From: Eledone cirrhosa
Lineage: Eukaryota
Direction of reading: 5' to 3'
NCBI GenBank assembly: GCA_964016885.1
Contig: OZ024741.1
Span: 140,926,001 to 140,990,000, forward strand
Length of the DNA stretch: 64,000 bases
A program made the position numbers and the translations under genes. Below the pieces are notes generated by a model. The model did not search any database. It was not told the DNA's origin and saw only the letters and a list, made by a program, of their open reading frames with translations. Within the stretch, counting starts at the first letter, position 1. Each line of letters begins with the position of its first letter. This document shows positions 62,217-64,000 of this stretch, piece after piece.

Positions 62217-64000
62217 AACCTTCACCAATGCTACAATATCCTCAAAGCAACAGCAAATGCTGTGAGGAAATTACTTGGCATAAAAACGAGAGGAAACAAC
62301 AAACAAGAAAGATCAGAACCTTGGTGGAAGAAATGAATGGTCAAAGAAGAAACGAATGGTCAAATCAAGGAAATGAGAAATGACATTGGAAAGCTTGAGT
62401 CCCTACTGAATGAGAGATTACAAAACATAGACACTAAAAATAGACTGGAAATAAAGAACAAAACTAGGAGGAAAAAGCTAAATATCATTATAGAGGAACT
62501 GAAGCAACGCATTGTAGCAAAGAGTGGAAAAATTAGGCGGTATGAGAGCAGAGTCAGTCAGTATAGACAGAACCGCTTGTTTGACAACAACCAGAAGATG
62601 TTGTTTGGACAGATTGAAGGGAAAGAAAGAGGCAACGACTTGATCCCTGAGGCGAAACAAAATAAAACATTCTGGAGAGGAATATAGGAGCAGGATATTG
62701 AACATAACGATCAGGCAGTGTGGATTGAGACAGTACAAAAGGAGATTAGTGAACAAGCACACCAACAAACTGATTTGAGTATCACAGTTGAAACTCTTAA
62801 GGGGCAGACCAAACAATTAACCAACTGGAAATCACCAGGCCCAGATGGTGTGCAGGGGTATTGGATAAAAAATATGACATCCCTCCACTCGAAACTGACA
62901 ACCATGTTTAATGACTGCTTGATGTCGGGTGAGGTACCAGAGTGGTTGAAAAATGGTACCACAGTTCTGGTAATGAAAGACCGAATGAAGGGTAATGATG
63001 TTACCAACTATAGACCTATCACATGTATGTCCGTAATGTGGAAACTGTTAACAAGGATTGTGTCGGAGGAAATCTACCATCACCTCCACATAAACAACTT
63101 GTTACCGGACGAACAGAAAGGATGCCGAAAGAAGTCCCGTGGTACAAAAGACCAGTTACTTATTGATAAGATGGTAATGAGGAATTGCAAGAGGAGACAC
63201 ACTGGTCTTGCCATGGGATGGATAGATTACAAAAAGGCATTCGACATAGTACCTCATTCTTGGATAACCAAAAGTCTAGAGATCTTCAAGGTGGCAGATA
63301 ACCTCAGACAGTTGTTGAGCAAAAGTATGAAGTCCTGGGAAACAGAGTTAACATCGGGTGGAGAATCCTTGGGAGGCGTGAAGATCAAGAGAGGTATCTT
63401 CCAGGAGACAGTTTGTCCCCTCTGTTGTTTTTCCTTTCCTTGATACCCTGACCATTATACTGCGAAAAGTGAGAGCAGGATACAAGCTAGGAAGAGGAGA
63501 GCTTTCCATCAACCACCTCCTCCTCATCGACAATCTTAAACTCTTTGGGAAGAGTGAGAAGGACTTGGATGTACTTGTTGACACTGTCCGTATTTTCAGC
63601 AATTTGGTATTAATAAGTGTGGAGTCTTAGTGATGAAGTGGGGTAAATTGAGCAGAAGCAACGCAATCCAGGTACCAACAGGTGAGATGATAAAGGAAAT
63701 TGACACTGAAGAAGGATACAAATATTTAGGTGTTCTGGAGGCAGATGACACCAAGAACAAAAAAATGAAGGAATCGATAAGATCTGAGTACATTAGGAGA
63801 GGAAGGAGCGTATTAAAATCACATCTAAATAGTAGGAATGTCATAAGTGCAGTGAATTCCGAGCTGAGTCTATTATTAGGTACAGTGCGGGAATTCTGGA
63901 ATGTTGCTGAACAAAAAAAGAAATGGATAGAAGACTAGGAAGCTATTGACTATCTACATGTTCCACAAGAGGAGTGATGTCCATGGACTCTACTTAAAGA
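62217..64000 (+). mobile_element. R4/Dong-clade LINE RT region, decayed, continues past the window end
   Basis: NWKSPGPDGVQGYWIK, NYRPITC, EQKGCRKKSRGTKDQLLIDK, WIDYKKAFDIVPHSWI, RGIFQ, NHLLLIDNLKL, YKYLG. Stops and frameshifts present. Confidence 0.92.

Overview
AT-rich, microsatellite-dense eukaryotic DNA, most likely an octopod cephalopod (inferred from the SINE sequences and repeat landscape). The window is almost entirely transposon-derived. It opens inside an apparently intact Penelope-like retroelement (PLE): an open RT + GIY-YIG ORF running from before base 1 to 3260 with an Asn-rich insert, followed by a 3' region with a hammerhead ribozyme. Reading both strands by eye gives about 19 well-formed and about 8 degenerate minimal type I hammerhead motifs from a dozen or more unrelated sequence families. 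They sit in short, often fold-back PLE-derived elements nested in (TA)n tracts. One family has a compensatory U3-A8 catalytic core, and several unrelated families share a conserved small stem-loop in their unpaired 3' tail. Also present: a decayed Helitron RepHel gene plus Helitron fragments, R4/Dong, RTE, CRE and L1/Tx1-like LINE fragments, a mariner relic, and many tRNA-derived SINEs including two tandem arrays. Host-gene signal is weak: possible collinear relics of a dynein-heavy-chain-like gene on the minus strand and a possible 53-aa ORF gene on the plus strand. Most short ORFs in the supplied track are microsatellite artefacts. All calls are by-eye pattern recognition; no searches or folding programs were run.
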